Of a stretch of DNA of 64,000 bases, positions 35,463-49,072 are shown piece by piece. The DNA is from Octopus vulgaris. Its lineage: Eukaryota. Position 1 is the stretch's first letter; every line of letters begins with the position of its first letter. Where the stretch lies: NCBI GenBank assembly GCA_951406725.2, contig OX597828.1, forward strand, positions 3,100,001-3,164,000, written 5' to 3'. The notes beneath the pieces are model-generated. The model was not told the origin of the DNA, made no database searches, and saw only the letters and a list, made by a program, of their open reading frames with translations. Position numbers and translations under genes: made by a program.

Positions 35463-36853
35463 ACGCCTTCATATATCGAATACCATTTCGAAACTGTATT
35501 ACGGTCGGTTACATGAGTTTTTTTATTTGTTTCAAACTTCACTATTTTTTTCATTTTTATTATGAACGCATCTTCCTCTGCTTTAATTTTTATTTCTTCT
35601 AAAGTGACAGGTAGTTCGCGTACTACGTTGCAGAGTATATTTTTTATTTGGATTTCGGCTTTTAATGCCACCATTACCATGTTCTCTAACAGTTCATTGT
35701 ATTTAGTAATCAATCTTAGCAGCCCATCCGCGTGTCCTAATTTTTTCAATGGTAGAAATTCCATCTTTAAATCATGATTTAGCAGGATAGTCCCCAGCGC
35801 TGCAATCGCTTGGCTGTATGCGTCGGGATACCCCTTTTTGATCCGTAAATTGATAACAATGGGCGGTGATCTGTTTGCAGACTGAATTTCCTTCCCTGTA
35901 TGAATTTGTGAAATTTTTTCACCGCAAAAATAATGGCCAGTGCCTCCTCAATTTGGCTGTAGTTTTTTTCAGTGAAGTGAAGCATGAACTATGGGTTTTA
36001 CGCTACCATTTTCATACTTGTGTTAAATTACCTCTACTATACCACTTTCGTCAGCATCAACAAGTTTTTTATTTGGATCTAAGTGCGATAATGACAGTTC
36101 CGATTTTAAAACTTTAAAAAATTTCTTCGAACGCTTTTTCACACCAGACTGGCCAATACCATTTTACGCCTTTTCTCAATTGGTTGTTTAGGAGTGCTCT
36201 TAGCTCATGCATGTTTGGTAATAGTTCGCGAGCCCTAAGAACGCTTGTAATGGTGTAATATTTTTCGGAGTAAGCATATTTTTTATTGCCGTCGATCTTG
36301 AAGGATGTTGCCTGCGACCATTTTTATCAATACTTTATTTCTGGCATAAAAATTCACATTTCCCTTCGCTAAGTTTGAACCCATACACCTTTATCTTCTC
36401 AAAAACCATTTTAACATGTTACTCATACTGATCTAACTTTCTAACTTTCTAATTGTCCAGCTTTCCTCAGGCCACCGGTCAATTTTCACACAACACTTAC
36501 ACATCAAATGAAGAAAGCAAAATCACTTTTACCGACTTCACAAAAGTACACTGGAACAAGTGCTACCAAGAAACGCAAACAAGCTTTTTGTTAATCATCA
36601 ACAAAATCCTTATCATTGACACTGCAGCAAACACAATCGGCAGAATAATTATAAACGTACCCGCAAACATATTTCCCAAAGCAACAAAGAGAATATCACC
36701 CAATTAAACATCAGAAATAACCAACTTCATAAGAATCAGCAACATCTGCAGCACAGTTTTCCACAAAATCTCACTCAACTGAAATAAAACTCAAACATAT
36801 ATACAAAGAAATAAGAAATAAAATAAATCATTGAAAAGCAGAAATGGTAAAAA

Positions 36854-37226
36854 TCTCTCTCTATATAAACGGCAGTTTGTCTGTGCGTTTTCTGTGTGTC
36901 TGTTTTCTCGTACCCTCACCCTGACCACGGCTTTCAACCGATTCTGATGAAACTTGACACACACATAGCCCAATGTCATAATTCAAAACTAACGCAGCGA
37001 AAATTTTGAAAAGTTCCCCCAGTTCTGAAAAAAATCGATAAATTCGACATGGGGTCGAGAATCAGAAACCCAAACCACAGACCGTCTAGGGGACGCAACT
37101 CCACCTTTTTTAACTCTGAAAAAAAATTTACCATCATTTTTTTTCTATTTTTTGGCTATAACTCTCTAAAAATGCTTTATAGTTATTTCCCTTACAAACC
37201 TGAGCAACGCCGGGCGATACTGCTAG
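36854..37226 (+). mobile_element. Non-autonomous Helitron
   Basis: A|TC 5' end, subterminal imperfect hairpin cctgagcaacgccggg, CTAG|T 3' end, no TSD. Confidence 0.8.
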
Positions 37227-37309
37227 TCTAACATAAACTACAAATGAAATCTGGTTTGAGCCTCATAAAGGCCGGATTTTTGAGACGCTTAGGCAAGCGA
37301 AGGAACAAG

Positions 37310-37490
37310 ACTAGCACTATAAGTGGGATGTCAATATGTTGCAGGGTTAACTCTTGGTACCCAATTTCAGGTGAGTGAACTTGAACAACATGAAGTGCCT
37401 TGCTCAAGAACACACCACGCCGTCTGTTTTACGAATCGAACCCACATCCTAGCGATTATGAGCTCGATGCGCAAACCCTGCAGACCCGCT
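37310..37490 (-). mobile_element. tRNA-derived SINE fragment (family A-like)
   Basis: Minus strand gggttcgattc B-box followed by tgttcttgagcaaggcacttca. Confidence 0.55.
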
Positions 37491-37558
37491 TCTCTCTCTC
37501 TCACACACACACATGCATATGTATGAATGTATATTTGTATAAATGTATATACGTATAC

Positions 37559-37589
<31 letters not shown>

Positions 37590-38399
37590 TGTATGTATGT
37601 ATGTATGTATGTATGTATGTATCAGTATCTTTGTGTAATAAATTTATTAACACATACATAAATGCACGTACACACACACAGTCACACACGAACCCACACA
37701 CAGTCACACACGAACACACACACACACACGAATAAATGCTTGTTACTTTGTTAACTTGTTTGTGTATCAGTGATGTTGTGGTAACAGTTTCAATTTGAAA
37801 ATTGAATGAATAATCACGCGAGAATCATCTAATTATTTTGTATTTATTCATTTAATTATTTATTTCATTTTTTGAAAAAAAAATATTCAAGAAGTCAAAA
37901 CTTCAACACGCAACTGCTGTTCAACACTTCAATATTCTTTATGAGAAGATGGCAAAGTAAAAACGAAAATATGTGGAGAAGGAATGAAAAATTACAAGAT
38001 TCATATCATGGAAATTTTTGTCACATCATATATCTTATTAAAAATATTTTCTCTTTTTTTTTTTCTTTCTTATTCATTTACTGTAAATTGTCATGTTTTA
38101 TTAGCGAAGTCTTTCTGATGATTTATGGACAACATAAATTGTTGTCTGGAATGATATGTTGGCAGCATTTAGCTTGTTAATTGTTTTCATGTATATACAT
38201 AACTTTCCTCCTTCTCATACACGTCACATACATATACATAAATATTTTAGATGTTAAATATTTAATTCTTAGAACGACACAAGGTCACACTTTCGGAAAG
38301 AAGGTGTTTGGTCGTTTAGATCAATCCAGTTTTGAAAGAGATACTTACTTTACCGATCCTGGATGGATAAAAATCAACGCCGATCTTAAGAGGAGTTGA

Positions 38400-39840
38400 T
38401 TTTCTTAAGAGGAATCAAACACCGTACCTCTCAGATACCGACTGAAACAGGATTGCAGCTCAGTCAAAGAGATGAGCTGTGGAAGAGCGAGTCTAATAAA
38501 CGGTGACCTCATCTGATCACCGTTAAGAAAGCGCTGGCGGTGTCGTAGCCTCAGCACAGGCCTGCGCATCCCCAGTCATGGCATGTTTATCTCCCCGCCC
38601 CATTTAGCGGATGTTGACAACAAATGGAGTGCCTCTCCAGGGAAACGAGTCCCTTCTGCAGACAGCGAAAGAGTATGTACCCCAAAGTGGTCAGACGTAA
38701 ACTGGGACAAGGTACGACGGGGGCGATGTATGCATTCGCCACTTCTGCCCGATCTTTCAGAGATGGTGACGTCGTCTGTATATGCCGACACGGTCCTCCC
38801 ACAACCTAGTTCGCGCGGGATGTCTCTCAATGTCTCTGATTTCTGCTTTAGTGACTCTAGATCTGGCACATACAGAAGAGCGATAGGGGACACTCTTGAT
38901 GGACCGAGCGCCTGGTGCTAAACGGTTCCTATAAGTAACCATTCACCTGAACTACCGAGCAGATGTTGCTGTACATTGCAGCAAACAAGCCACAGAAAAC
39001 GGGACCGAAACCGGCCACCATAAGGATGGTCGCCAGATATTGGTGGTCTACCTTATGGAAGACTTTAGTTTGATCCAAATTGATCCGGTCCAGCTTCTTT
39101 ACCCACCCTGTCTATGATGTATCGCATGGGGTGAAAGATGTCATGGGTGGATATGCTTGAAATTGCGCATGTTTGTGCATTACCAATCAGCTCCTCGACG
39201 ACAAGCGCCAACCTTTTTGCTAACACTTTGGCCAAAATTTTGAAGTCTGCAGACCATCCAAACCAAGCAAATGTAAAGCCCATAAGGAAGACCATCCAAA
39301 CCAACAATTTTCCTCCTCGTGCAGCCCATCATCGCATCCTGAATTTCCGTACTGTTATGATCCTTTCGTAACGCCCCACATTCCTTACCGACAGTCGTGG
39401 CATGCTGTCGAGTTAGGCGTGCTGCTGAAATGCTAACATCTCTATTTGGGATTGAATATCATGCGCCCATTTTAGTCCACCAAAGATTGTATTTCGGGTC
39501 CAATGAGCGACTTTCGATCCGTCGTTCCTTAGGGCACGCGCCTTAGCTCTGACAATGCATCCTTCGTGCTTAGCGCTGAAGTATTGGTGCAGGGCCAATC
39601 TCTCCGCCAACACGTCAATTACGATGCCTTACTAAACCTAACAGATTCTACTCTTATTGTTGTTGTGACGACTGACACTGTCAACACCCGCTTCACTAGT
39701 TGTGTAATCCAGTCTTTGCAAGCTTGACACGCCAGAAGTAACGCGTTCAGCTTCCTGTAGCCAGGTCCCTGCCTTCGAAGTCTATCTAAGTCGACCGTGC
39801 AGATCACACATTTGTTGTCTGTGTAGCCGTCAATTTTGAA
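38400..39840 (-). pseudogene. Decayed L1/Tx1-clade LINE RT region
   Basis: ADFKILAKVLAKRL..LIGNAQTCAI (39065-39307) and TVSAYTDDV (38576-38893); homologous to 57500-59200. Confidence 0.8.
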
Positions 39841-40133
39841 AAATAGATAACAATATGCTCTCCTTATCTACTGACATACAGATTAGAAAATAATGTCATA
39901 CTGGCTGTTCCAACGGCTATTATTTCACTCGATTTGGGAAGACATATTGATATTTTCTGTTTTGAAATATTAAGTATTAAACTTTGAATCTCAAAATTCG
40001 ACAAAGCAGCTCACTGCAAGGGAAGAACCTGGGTTATTTAGTAAACAGTCCAACAAAGAATCAAATACCAGATAATAAAACAACCAATTTTAAAGAAAAT
40101 TGTCTAACCAAGAACAACCGTTATCTATTTACA

Positions 40134-40187
<54 letters not shown>

Positions 40188-40193
40188 TATAAC

Positions 40194-41139
40194 AACAGAT
40201 TTGCTTGTCAGTTGTTTGACCTTAACCAGTTGACCATGTCCCTTAGCGACTGACAATATGTGCATCTCTGACCACGTGCAGAAGTAGTGGGGGAGCATCA
40301 TAGCCGTGTGTTGAAAGGAATTCTTTGGATAATTCATCTTTGGAAACAAGGGTGGTTTTCTTTCAACATCCTTAAACAATCCTTATTCAGGGACCTTTTA
40401 AGTGTGATGGGCTACTCGACCAAAAGAAAATTCTAGCTGGGCCCACCTGCAAGGTCATGCGCTGTTTATCTTGATATGAGATCACCATGTCGCGCACATA
40501 TAGTTGTGATGCATGTGCCTGGTGTACCCATGATGGGTATACTGGGCTTCGTGTATTTTACCCCAGTGTCACTTTGATGGCATGCACTGCTCTCTCACTC
40601 AATGATTTTGATGATGATGATGATAATAATAAAATGAATACAAGCGCCGCCATGATAAAGTGTGTGTGTATCTTCATTGGCTCTTATACCGTAAATACCA
40701 ATATGAAATAACAGAGAACTGTATGAGCATGTATCATGTAAAGTTATGCAGGAGGTTGGAAAGGTAACGATACTCTGAGACCATGATTTTCAGACGAGTC
40801 GTGTAATCGAACACCGTCTGCCGGATATTGTCATACTGAATAAGAGAGACAAATACTGTCAGATCATTTATGTAGCCATACTAAATGACATGAATGTTGT
40901 GAGTAAAGAGGAAAAAAATCACCAAGGACTCCGAATTCTTAAGGCAACTGGAAGTCCCATGCGGGATTGATGTCTTGCAAAAAGCAGCTTTATTGGGCAC
41001 AGCGCACATCTTAAGGAAAGTATTATCTGCCTGAGGTCCTTGTTGTGACTCAATAGATGACTATAGACTCCGGTGCATTTTTAGCTACACTGTGTTACGA
41101 AGGAATAATAATAATATAATAATAATAATAATAATAATA

Positions 41140-41198
<59 letters not shown>

Positions 41199-41216
41199 AA
41201 TGATGATGCTGATACT

Positions 41217-41290
<74 letters not shown>

Positions 41291-41780
41291 ATGCTCTGAT
41301 GCAGTACCAGACAGTGGCTCTCGTGGTTTCTGATCATAACTGCTTGGAAGTGTTATCATGTACATTGTTTTGTCTTGGTATAAAAGATGGGCTACAGCAA
41401 ATATTCTGCTCAATACCACAGATTTGCTTGTTAGTTGCTTGACCGTAACCAGTTGAGCATTTCCCTTGGTCGCTGACGATATGTGCATCTCTGATCACGA
41501 GCAGAAGTAGTGGGGGAGCATCATAACCGTGTGTTGATAGGAATTCTTAGATGTTTGGATAGTACACTTTCAGAAACATGGATGTTTTGTTTATCATCCT
41601 TATTAAGGGACCTTTTGAGTGGGATGGGCTACTCGAGATGAAGAAAATTCTAACTAGGCTCCACCTGCAAGGTCATGCGCCATTTATCTCGGTATGAGAT
41701 CACTATGTCGTGCTCATATGGTTGTGATGCATGTGCCTGGTGTACCCTTATCAGACGGGTAGTCATGATGGGTATACTGG
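40194..41780. repeat. Two direct copies (~40194-40600, ~41418-41780) of a dispersed repeat next to trinucleotide tracts
   Basis: acagatttgcttgt.agttg.ttgacc.taaccagttga...gcagaagtagtgggggagcatcata...cacctgcaaggtcatgcgc...gatgcatgtgcctggtgtaccc is present in both. Confidence 0.85.
40790..41105 (+). mobile_element. R4/Dong-like LINE 3' end followed by (TAA)n
   Basis: EHRLPDIVILNKRDKYCQII.VAI..D.NV and LQKAALLGTAHILRKVLSA*. Confidence 0.75.
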
Positions 41781-44549
41781 ACATCAAATTATCGAAACCA
41801 TCAAGAATTGAACACAGAGTCACATTGATAGATTAAGCGATCTCCTTCAGTTTACCCAGATTAACAGTTTGATGTAGTAAGATATATGAAGCGATGGTAA
41901 ACTATTAACTATCTAACTATCTACATATCAAATGTGTTTTTATTTTCTTTGTGTTGGTGTTATTTCTGCTTCTGCTGTTGACATGATTGTCGTCGTCGTC
42001 GTCGTTGTCGTCGTCGTTGTTGTTCTCAACAACTTATCTCCAACTATTTCAATAAGTAAATAAATGGTCTAATTACGAAGTTTAAGTAAAAAACCCACCA
42101 GCAAATATACTATAACTTCTTTGAAGCAGCGATTTATATTCACACCTATTCAGCAACTATTTGCATCTCTCACTTAAAAAAATACAAACATAAAAACAAA
42201 CAAAATAAGTTCTCATTCTTTCTCGCTTTCTCTCCCTTCCTCTCTCTCTCTGTCTCTCTCACACTCTCTCACTCTCTCTCACTCTCTCTCTCACTCTCTC
42301 ACTCTCTCTCTCACTCTCTCACTCTCTCTCTCACTCTTTCTAGTCCTTCCTCTCTCTTTCTCGCTCTTTTAAAGCACTTCTTTTTCCACCTTGATTTCTC
42401 TAACACCTTTCCATGTCGAATTTTTCTTCATTCTCCGATTAATTTTTTTCCTCTCAATAAAATCCCTTTTTTCTCTTTCACTTTTCTCATCTTCACTCGT
42501 TATCATGCCGTTTCCCTTACTCTCCTTCTTTCTTTCTCTCTCACTCACTCATTGTATTTCCAGTCATGCTCACTCTTATTTATCCTCACCCTCATTCTCT
42601 ACTCGACCCTTCCTTATTCTCTCATTCTCTCTTCAATTCTCTTATCCTCCTTCTCACTATTTTAATTTCATTCCTTTCCCCATTCATTTTTTTCAATGCT
42701 CTCCTCCTTGTTGTTTATTTCTCCTCCGCTCTTCTTCTCTCTTTCCCCCCCCTCTGTCCTTATTTATGTCACAAACTCTTTTCCACTCCATTTCTACCAA
42801 TTGCCCTCCATTTTCTCCATCGTTATCTATTCTATAACCCTATCCCCTTTCTTCTCCTTCCTTACTCCTATTTATCTCCCCTTCTCATCAATTCCTCACT
42901 CCATCATTCTCCCTTCCCTCCTCACTCAGCCTTTGTTGCCACCATTTTCCTTCACGTCTTTTCTCTTTCGTCTTTCTTCAATATTCTCTTTCCCACATTT
43001 TACTTCCACCCAATTAATATTTTCTCGCTTCCTTATTTTCTCTCACTTTTTCTCTAACGATCTTACTAACCTCCTCTTTCTCATTCTTTTCCCCTCTTTT
43101 TCATGCATATTTTTTCTCTTCTGCCTCTAATTTCTTCTCTCTCTCTCCTTCTCTCTTTTTATTCTCTTCCTTTAATCTCACTCTCTCCCTCACTCACAAT
43201 GTATCTTTCATTCTCATCTTTATTATTTCGTATACTTTTCCCTTTAACTCCCTCACCTAAGCTTCTCTATCTATTTCTCTCGCCCCCTTTTCCTTCCTTC
43301 CCAAACCCCCTATACACAGTCTCTTTCACTATCCCTTACTTCTTAATCTCTCCTTTTTAGCTGATTTCTTACAATCTTATTCCATTCAATCTTTCACATA
43401 ACACCATCTTCTCTCATTCTCTCTCTCTCCCTCGGAGATATTTTCAAGAAAACTACACAAAATTAGGTCTCAATTTAGTTTAGAGGAAAAACGAAGAGGA
43501 AAAAAAAGAAACCAAAAACATTCAGATGAAGCAAAAAAAGGAAAAAAAAAAGCATTTATCGTATGTTTTTCTTTTTTTTCTCGTTAATCCCTTGTTGTTG
43601 TTGTTCTTCTCCTCTTCCTTCTTCTTCTTGTTCTTTCTGTCTTTCTCTTTTTTCAAAAATACTAAGAGTAAGAGAGAAATAATAAAAGCCAGACATGAAT
43701 GTTCCATACACACGCACACACAAACACAGGCGCACGCATGCACACGGACACACACACACAGAGGATCACGCATGCACACGGACACACACACACACACACA
43801 CACAGGCGCACGCATACACACGGACACGTACGCACCTACGCACGCATGCCCAAACACACACACACACACACAAATCACATCAAGCAAACACGCATACTCA
43901 AAGTGAGGAAGGGTTAGGAAATTCGATAGGCAGAGACAGGAACAAAGAGAGAAGAAAGAGAGGGAGAAAAAGAAAGCGGGAGAGAAGGAAAGAGAGAAAG
44001 AGAGATAGAAAGAGAGGAGAGAAAGAGTGAAAGAGGAGAGACAGAAGGAGGGGAAGAGAGAGTTAGGGGAGTTGAATGCAAGTTAATTCAGTGTAGCTAA
44101 TGAGTAAATTCTTCACACATTGCACTCTACAGGAAGTCAGAAATCGAATGAGTAACCAGGTAAGTTTGCGTAGTTAAGGAGATTTCGCTGTATGATGTTG
44201 CCGAAGGCATTGGGAAATGGAACAAACTAGAAATAAACATTTTATGCATTCAGGCAATGTAAAAAAAATAAAACAAAAAACAAAGTGGAAAGAATAGAAA
44301 ACAATTCTATGTAGCGTTATAATGATAAACATACATCTACCAACATTCACCTATATATGTATGTATGTATATATGTATGTATGTATGTATGTATGCATGT
44401 ATGTATGTATGTATGTATGTATGTATGTATGTATGTATGTATGTATGTATGTATGTATGTATGTGTATACATATGCATCTACAAACACACGTACACGCGC
44501 GCTCGCACATACACACACATATATATACGTGTATATATGTGTGTGTGTT

Positions 44550-44587
<38 letters not shown>

Positions 44588-44662
44588 TATATATTGATGC
44601 ATAAAGCGAGCTGCTTATATATACACTACGATATATATATGTATATAGACATATGTGTGCGG

Positions 44663-44698
<36 letters not shown>

Positions 44699-44750
44699 TA
44701 TATACATGTTTATACACGCACATTTATGTTTAAACGTAAGTATGTGTATG

Positions 44751-44821
<71 letters not shown>

Positions 44822-44928
44822 GTGTTTATAAATGTATGTATATATAAGTATATATGCGTACACACAAACACGCATAAATATTACGTGTATGTATATATGT
44901 ATGTATGTCTGTATGTATGCATGTATGC

Positions 44929-44980
<52 letters not shown>

Positions 44981-44981
44981 G

Positions 44982-45014
<33 letters not shown>

Positions 45015-45199
45015 ATATCTATCTTTCTACATACATACATAGATCGCGCGCGCAATGCTCAAAGTTACATACAGATATATGCGTGTTTTTTATACACGTA
45101 TATACATTTTTATATGAGTGACCTAATTTGAATGTGTGTGTGTGTGTGTGTGTTTGTGTGCGTGTGTGTGTGTGTGTGTATGTATTCATATATATATAT

Positions 45200-45615
45200 A
45201 ATCTTTTACTTGTTTCAGTAATTAGACTACGGCCATGCTGGGGCATCGCCTTGAAGAAGTTCCTAGTCGAAAGAATCGACTCCAGTACTAATTGTTTTAA
45301 AGCCTGGTACTTATTCAATCGGTTCTTTTGATGCGCCGCTAAGTTGCGGGGTTGTAACAAACGTAAACAAGCCAACACCGGTTGTGAAGCAGTGGTGGGT
45401 GACAAAGACAATCACAGACAAACGCACACCCACATACATGTATATAGATATAACGACGGGCTTCTTTCAGTTACCTTCTCTCAAATCTACTCACAAGAAT
45501 TTAGTCGGCCCGAGGTTATATTGGAAGACACTTGCCCAAGGTGACATGCAGTGGGATTGAACTTGGAACCATGTGGTTGTGAAGCAAACTTCTTACTACA
45601 CAGTCACGCCTGCGC
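45200..45615 (-). mobile_element. SINE family B
   Basis: Reverse complement of the head (ggcgcaggcgtgactgtgtagtaag) and of the tail (cttttacttgtttcagt..gact.cggccatgctggggca). Confidence 0.8.
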
Positions 45616-45895
45616 CTATACCCCAAGCTATAATATTACAGTCATCATACACATACACACACACACACGCACACACACACACACATACACACTCACTCAC
45701 ACACACTCATACGCACACACATATACACACTCACTTACACACACACACACACACGCACACACACACATATACACACTCCCTCTCACGCACACACACACAT
45801 ATACACACTCACTCACACACACACACGCACACACACACACACACATATACACATTCACTCACACACACACACACACACGCACACACACACATATA

Positions 45896-46735
45896 CGAGG
45901 TATCAAAAGGTTCCCGGACTCGGTTGGTTTAATAAAAAATAACTTATTTACCGAAGCTTTAATATCGTCTGCCTGGAAATAGTCACCTTGCGCAGCAATA
46001 CGCCGGTCCCAGCATCCCTGTCACTTTGCAATCCGGCCTGGAAATCGTTTTCCGTAAGCGAGTCGAGGAGCTTCTGTGATTCGGTCCGGATCTTGACAAG
46101 GTTGTTAAAACGGCGATCTTTGAGCTGTCTTTTCATTTTGGGTAAGAAATGGAAGTCCGCAGGTGGCAAATCTGGCGAATAGGGCGGGTACGGAAGCGAT
46201 ACCATGTTGTTTTTGGCGAGAAACTCAGGAGTGAGAAGAGCTCGGTGACAGGATGCTTTGTCGTCGTGAAGAATCCAATTCTTCGCTCTCAGATCCGGTC
46301 GCTTTCGCCGAATATACCCCCTCAAACGCTTCAAAACAACACAGTAGAACGCTCGAGCGACGGTCTCGCCCTGGGGGATAAATTCTCGATGCACAATACC
46401 ACATTTCCGGGGGTGACGCTCGTGGCAGATCTTCCAGATCCCTTATCGTCTACTAGAGACGTTCTTCTGCTTTTGAAGCGCCCGTGCCACTCTATACATT
46501 GTATAGACCCATTGCTTCGGCGCCGTAAGCTTGCAAAAGCATGCTCAATGTCACTGTAGCAGTCTTCCCAAATTTAACACAAATTTTATGCTGGCTCTTT
46601 GTTCCAACTTCCTGTCCATGACAAAATCGCAGAGTACAACATACACGTGACCACAAGAACACAAATTTCACAACGAAATAAACACAGCAATGTTATGCGG
46701 CACATTGCTTCATGAAGGCCACTGATAGTTCTCAT
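45896..46735 (-). mobile_element. mariner (DD34D) transposon remnant
   Basis: TA|CGAGG terminus at 45894-45900. ORF 45948-46394 contains WILHDDKASCH and YPPYSPDLPPADFHF; internally deleted. The right boundary is approximate. Confidence 0.85.
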
Positions 46736-47010
46736 TGCCTTTCATCCTTTCGATGTCGATTAAATAAGTACCAGTTACGCACTGGGATCGATATAATCGA
46801 CTTAATCCGTTTGTCTGTCCTTGTTTGTCCTCTCTTTGTTTAGCCCCTTGTGGGTAGTAAAGAAATAGGTATTTCGTCTGCCGCTACGTTCTGAGTTCAA
46901 ATTCCGCCGAGGTCCACTTTCGGGATCGGTAAATGGTGTACTAGTTACGTACTGTGGTCGATCTAATCGACTGGCCCCTCCCCCAAAATTGTGCCTAGAG
47001 TAGAAAAGAA
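46735..47010 (+). mobile_element. SINE family C, rearranged copies
   Basis: Matches 29945-30082 and then 48910-49072. Confidence 0.8.
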
Positions 47011-47149
47011 TATTAAATCAAACGTTATTTTTTTGCATTAAGTGTTATTTATATTGTTTATATACCAGGATGTGCTACCTTCAGTGTTTTGGAATGTATA
47101 AATGTGTTCTAATTGGTAACCTGGTGAGTAGAACGGTCGTGTAGTAGAT

Positions 47150-47480
47150 AGTGGTAAGTATATATTTATCATTTCAATGAATTTAGTACTGTTGGTCTTG
47201 TTTTAAATGCTTGCATTTTAGTATATTGTCACGTAATATTAGTATTCAAGGGTTGTTTGGTGTATTTAAGTACTGGATGCATGAATTTATGCAATTTAGG
47301 AGGCTTACCTTGTGTTATTGGGTTATAGTTTGGAATCTGAGCTGTCTCTGTTGATATTCGAGATTGTCTCCTGGATTATGGCGATGTTAATATCGTATAT
47401 AACGAAGTTTTTTAGTTCCATAAAAGGTATTTTAAACTTGCAACTTTTATTCATATTGCAGTGTGATTATACAAGATGTA
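47150..47480 (-). pseudogene. Apurinic endonuclease-like remnant of a LINE
   Basis: Minus strand ELKNF..DINIAIIQETIS resembles the N-terminal QET motif of LINE APE domains; heavily decayed. Confidence 0.45.
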
Positions 47481-48861
47481 CATTTGCTACTTGTGTCGTT
47501 TGTGAATGAAATTCTCGGAGTTTCGAATCTCGGTTATATATTTTGTGTGGAGCTGTAGTCATGAAAAGAAAAGAATGCTATAATACCAGTTTTTCTTGGT
47601 ATATTTTATTGTGATTTGATGTTTGTTTATGTGTGGTTTTGATATTTTGTATTGTTTGCTTGTATGTGTGTAATGTTCTCTCTGTTAATTGGTTGCAGAG
47701 TCGTCACTTGACGTTCAATTTTGTTTTACGTGTCAGTCTATTTATTTTTGCGTTAATCATAAGAATTACGTTCTAACTGCGAATCTCTTGTGTTTTGTAC
47801 GGAATAATCTTTTTTTTATAAGATGGGAGGTGTATTTTCACTTGTAGCATGCCAAAGGAGTGCACAGAGACTTCTTCGTGGGTCTGCATATATTTATTTG
47901 TTATATGATTGACAGTTAAATAATCTACTGTATATATTTTTATTAACTATACAATCAGTATACATACTGAGGTACTGTGTGTTTTTGGTCAAGTTCAAAG
48001 TGCATATGGAAGCTTGGCTGTTGACTTACAAGTGATAACATATGTTCGTCCCTTATACTCCTAATACTCACTCTCTTTAAGATGTATATCACTTTTGATT
48101 TCAAATCTAAATACAGAATCGAAGTTTGAATATAAGGAGTTGTAAACAAGTTTCTCAAAGATATTGGTTGCGACGGATATTAAAAGAAAATGTCGATCTG
48201 GGAACCAAAATTGTGTGATGGATGCAGTTCTTTATGTACATACGTTCATTATGTGATATTAGCTGCTTTAATAATAACTTTTGAGATGTCTCAATCGATA
48301 GGGTGATTTATACGATCCGAGATCCTTAGTCTTTGCTATTACCCACTCTTCACAAACGTTTAGCACATCATATGGAAACAAAATCAATATATCCTGTATC
48401 CAAATGAAATTTATTTCAGGCCTATAAATCCACACGTCGATTATAAAGTATAACTTACCATCTCCAATCGTTTTTCCTTCTCAATGATAACCAGTCTTAT
48501 CTCCGCGGAGCCAGATTAATAAGAACAATTTTTATACTATTCACGTAGCAATGGTATGAATCCAGCGAAAGGAAAATAAGTTTTAAAATGAAAGAAACTT
48601 TCGATAACGTGTTTAGCTACGATCTGGACACCGTTATCTAATCAAACAAAAGGAATTTTATAATAGACGTTTATGTATTTAAATATATTCATAGTTAAGT
48701 TTGTGTTAGTATATTTAATGGAGTTTTTGATGCTTTTCGCATTAATTATGTTAATACTTACGGAACTTGTCCCCCGCCCCGATGGTATCCGGAGGTCATT
48801 TATTTACTTTCTTTATACACTAATCAATGCACAGCCTTGTATATATATGTTTAGGAATTAA

Positions 48862-49072
48862 GGCGGCGAGCTGGCAAAAACGTTAGCACGCCGGGCGAAA
48901 TGCTTAGCGGTATTTCGTCTGCACTACGTTCTGAGTTCAAATTCCGCCGAGGTCGATTTTTGCTTTCATCCTTTAGGGGTCGATAAATTAAGTACCAGTT
49001 GCGTACTGGAGTCTATCTAAGCGAGTGGCCCCCCTCCCCCCAAATTTCGGGCATTGTACCTAGATTAGAAGA
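48862..49072 (+). mobile_element. SINE family C, near full length
   Basis: ggcggcgagctggcaaaaacgttagcacgccgggcg...ccccctcccccca..tttcggg..ttgtacctagattagaa. Confidence 0.85.

Larger units (their letters stand above)
33295..36450 (-). mobile_element. Decayed Ty3/Gypsy LTR retrotransposon (RT-RNaseH-integrase, PPT, 3' LTR)
   Basis: EKNYSQIEEALAIIFAVKKFH..TDHRPLLSIYG (35779-35985), GHADGLLRL, VSDNGTQF (~34645-34668) and YRITPN..SAELMF. Polypurine tract aaaaaggggaga is followed by TGTTGT at 33496; putative LTR 33295-33496. Confidence 0.85.

Noticed and set aside
36940-36960. ctgatgaaac inside the Helitron
   Set aside because: No stem II or stem I; chance core-like match.
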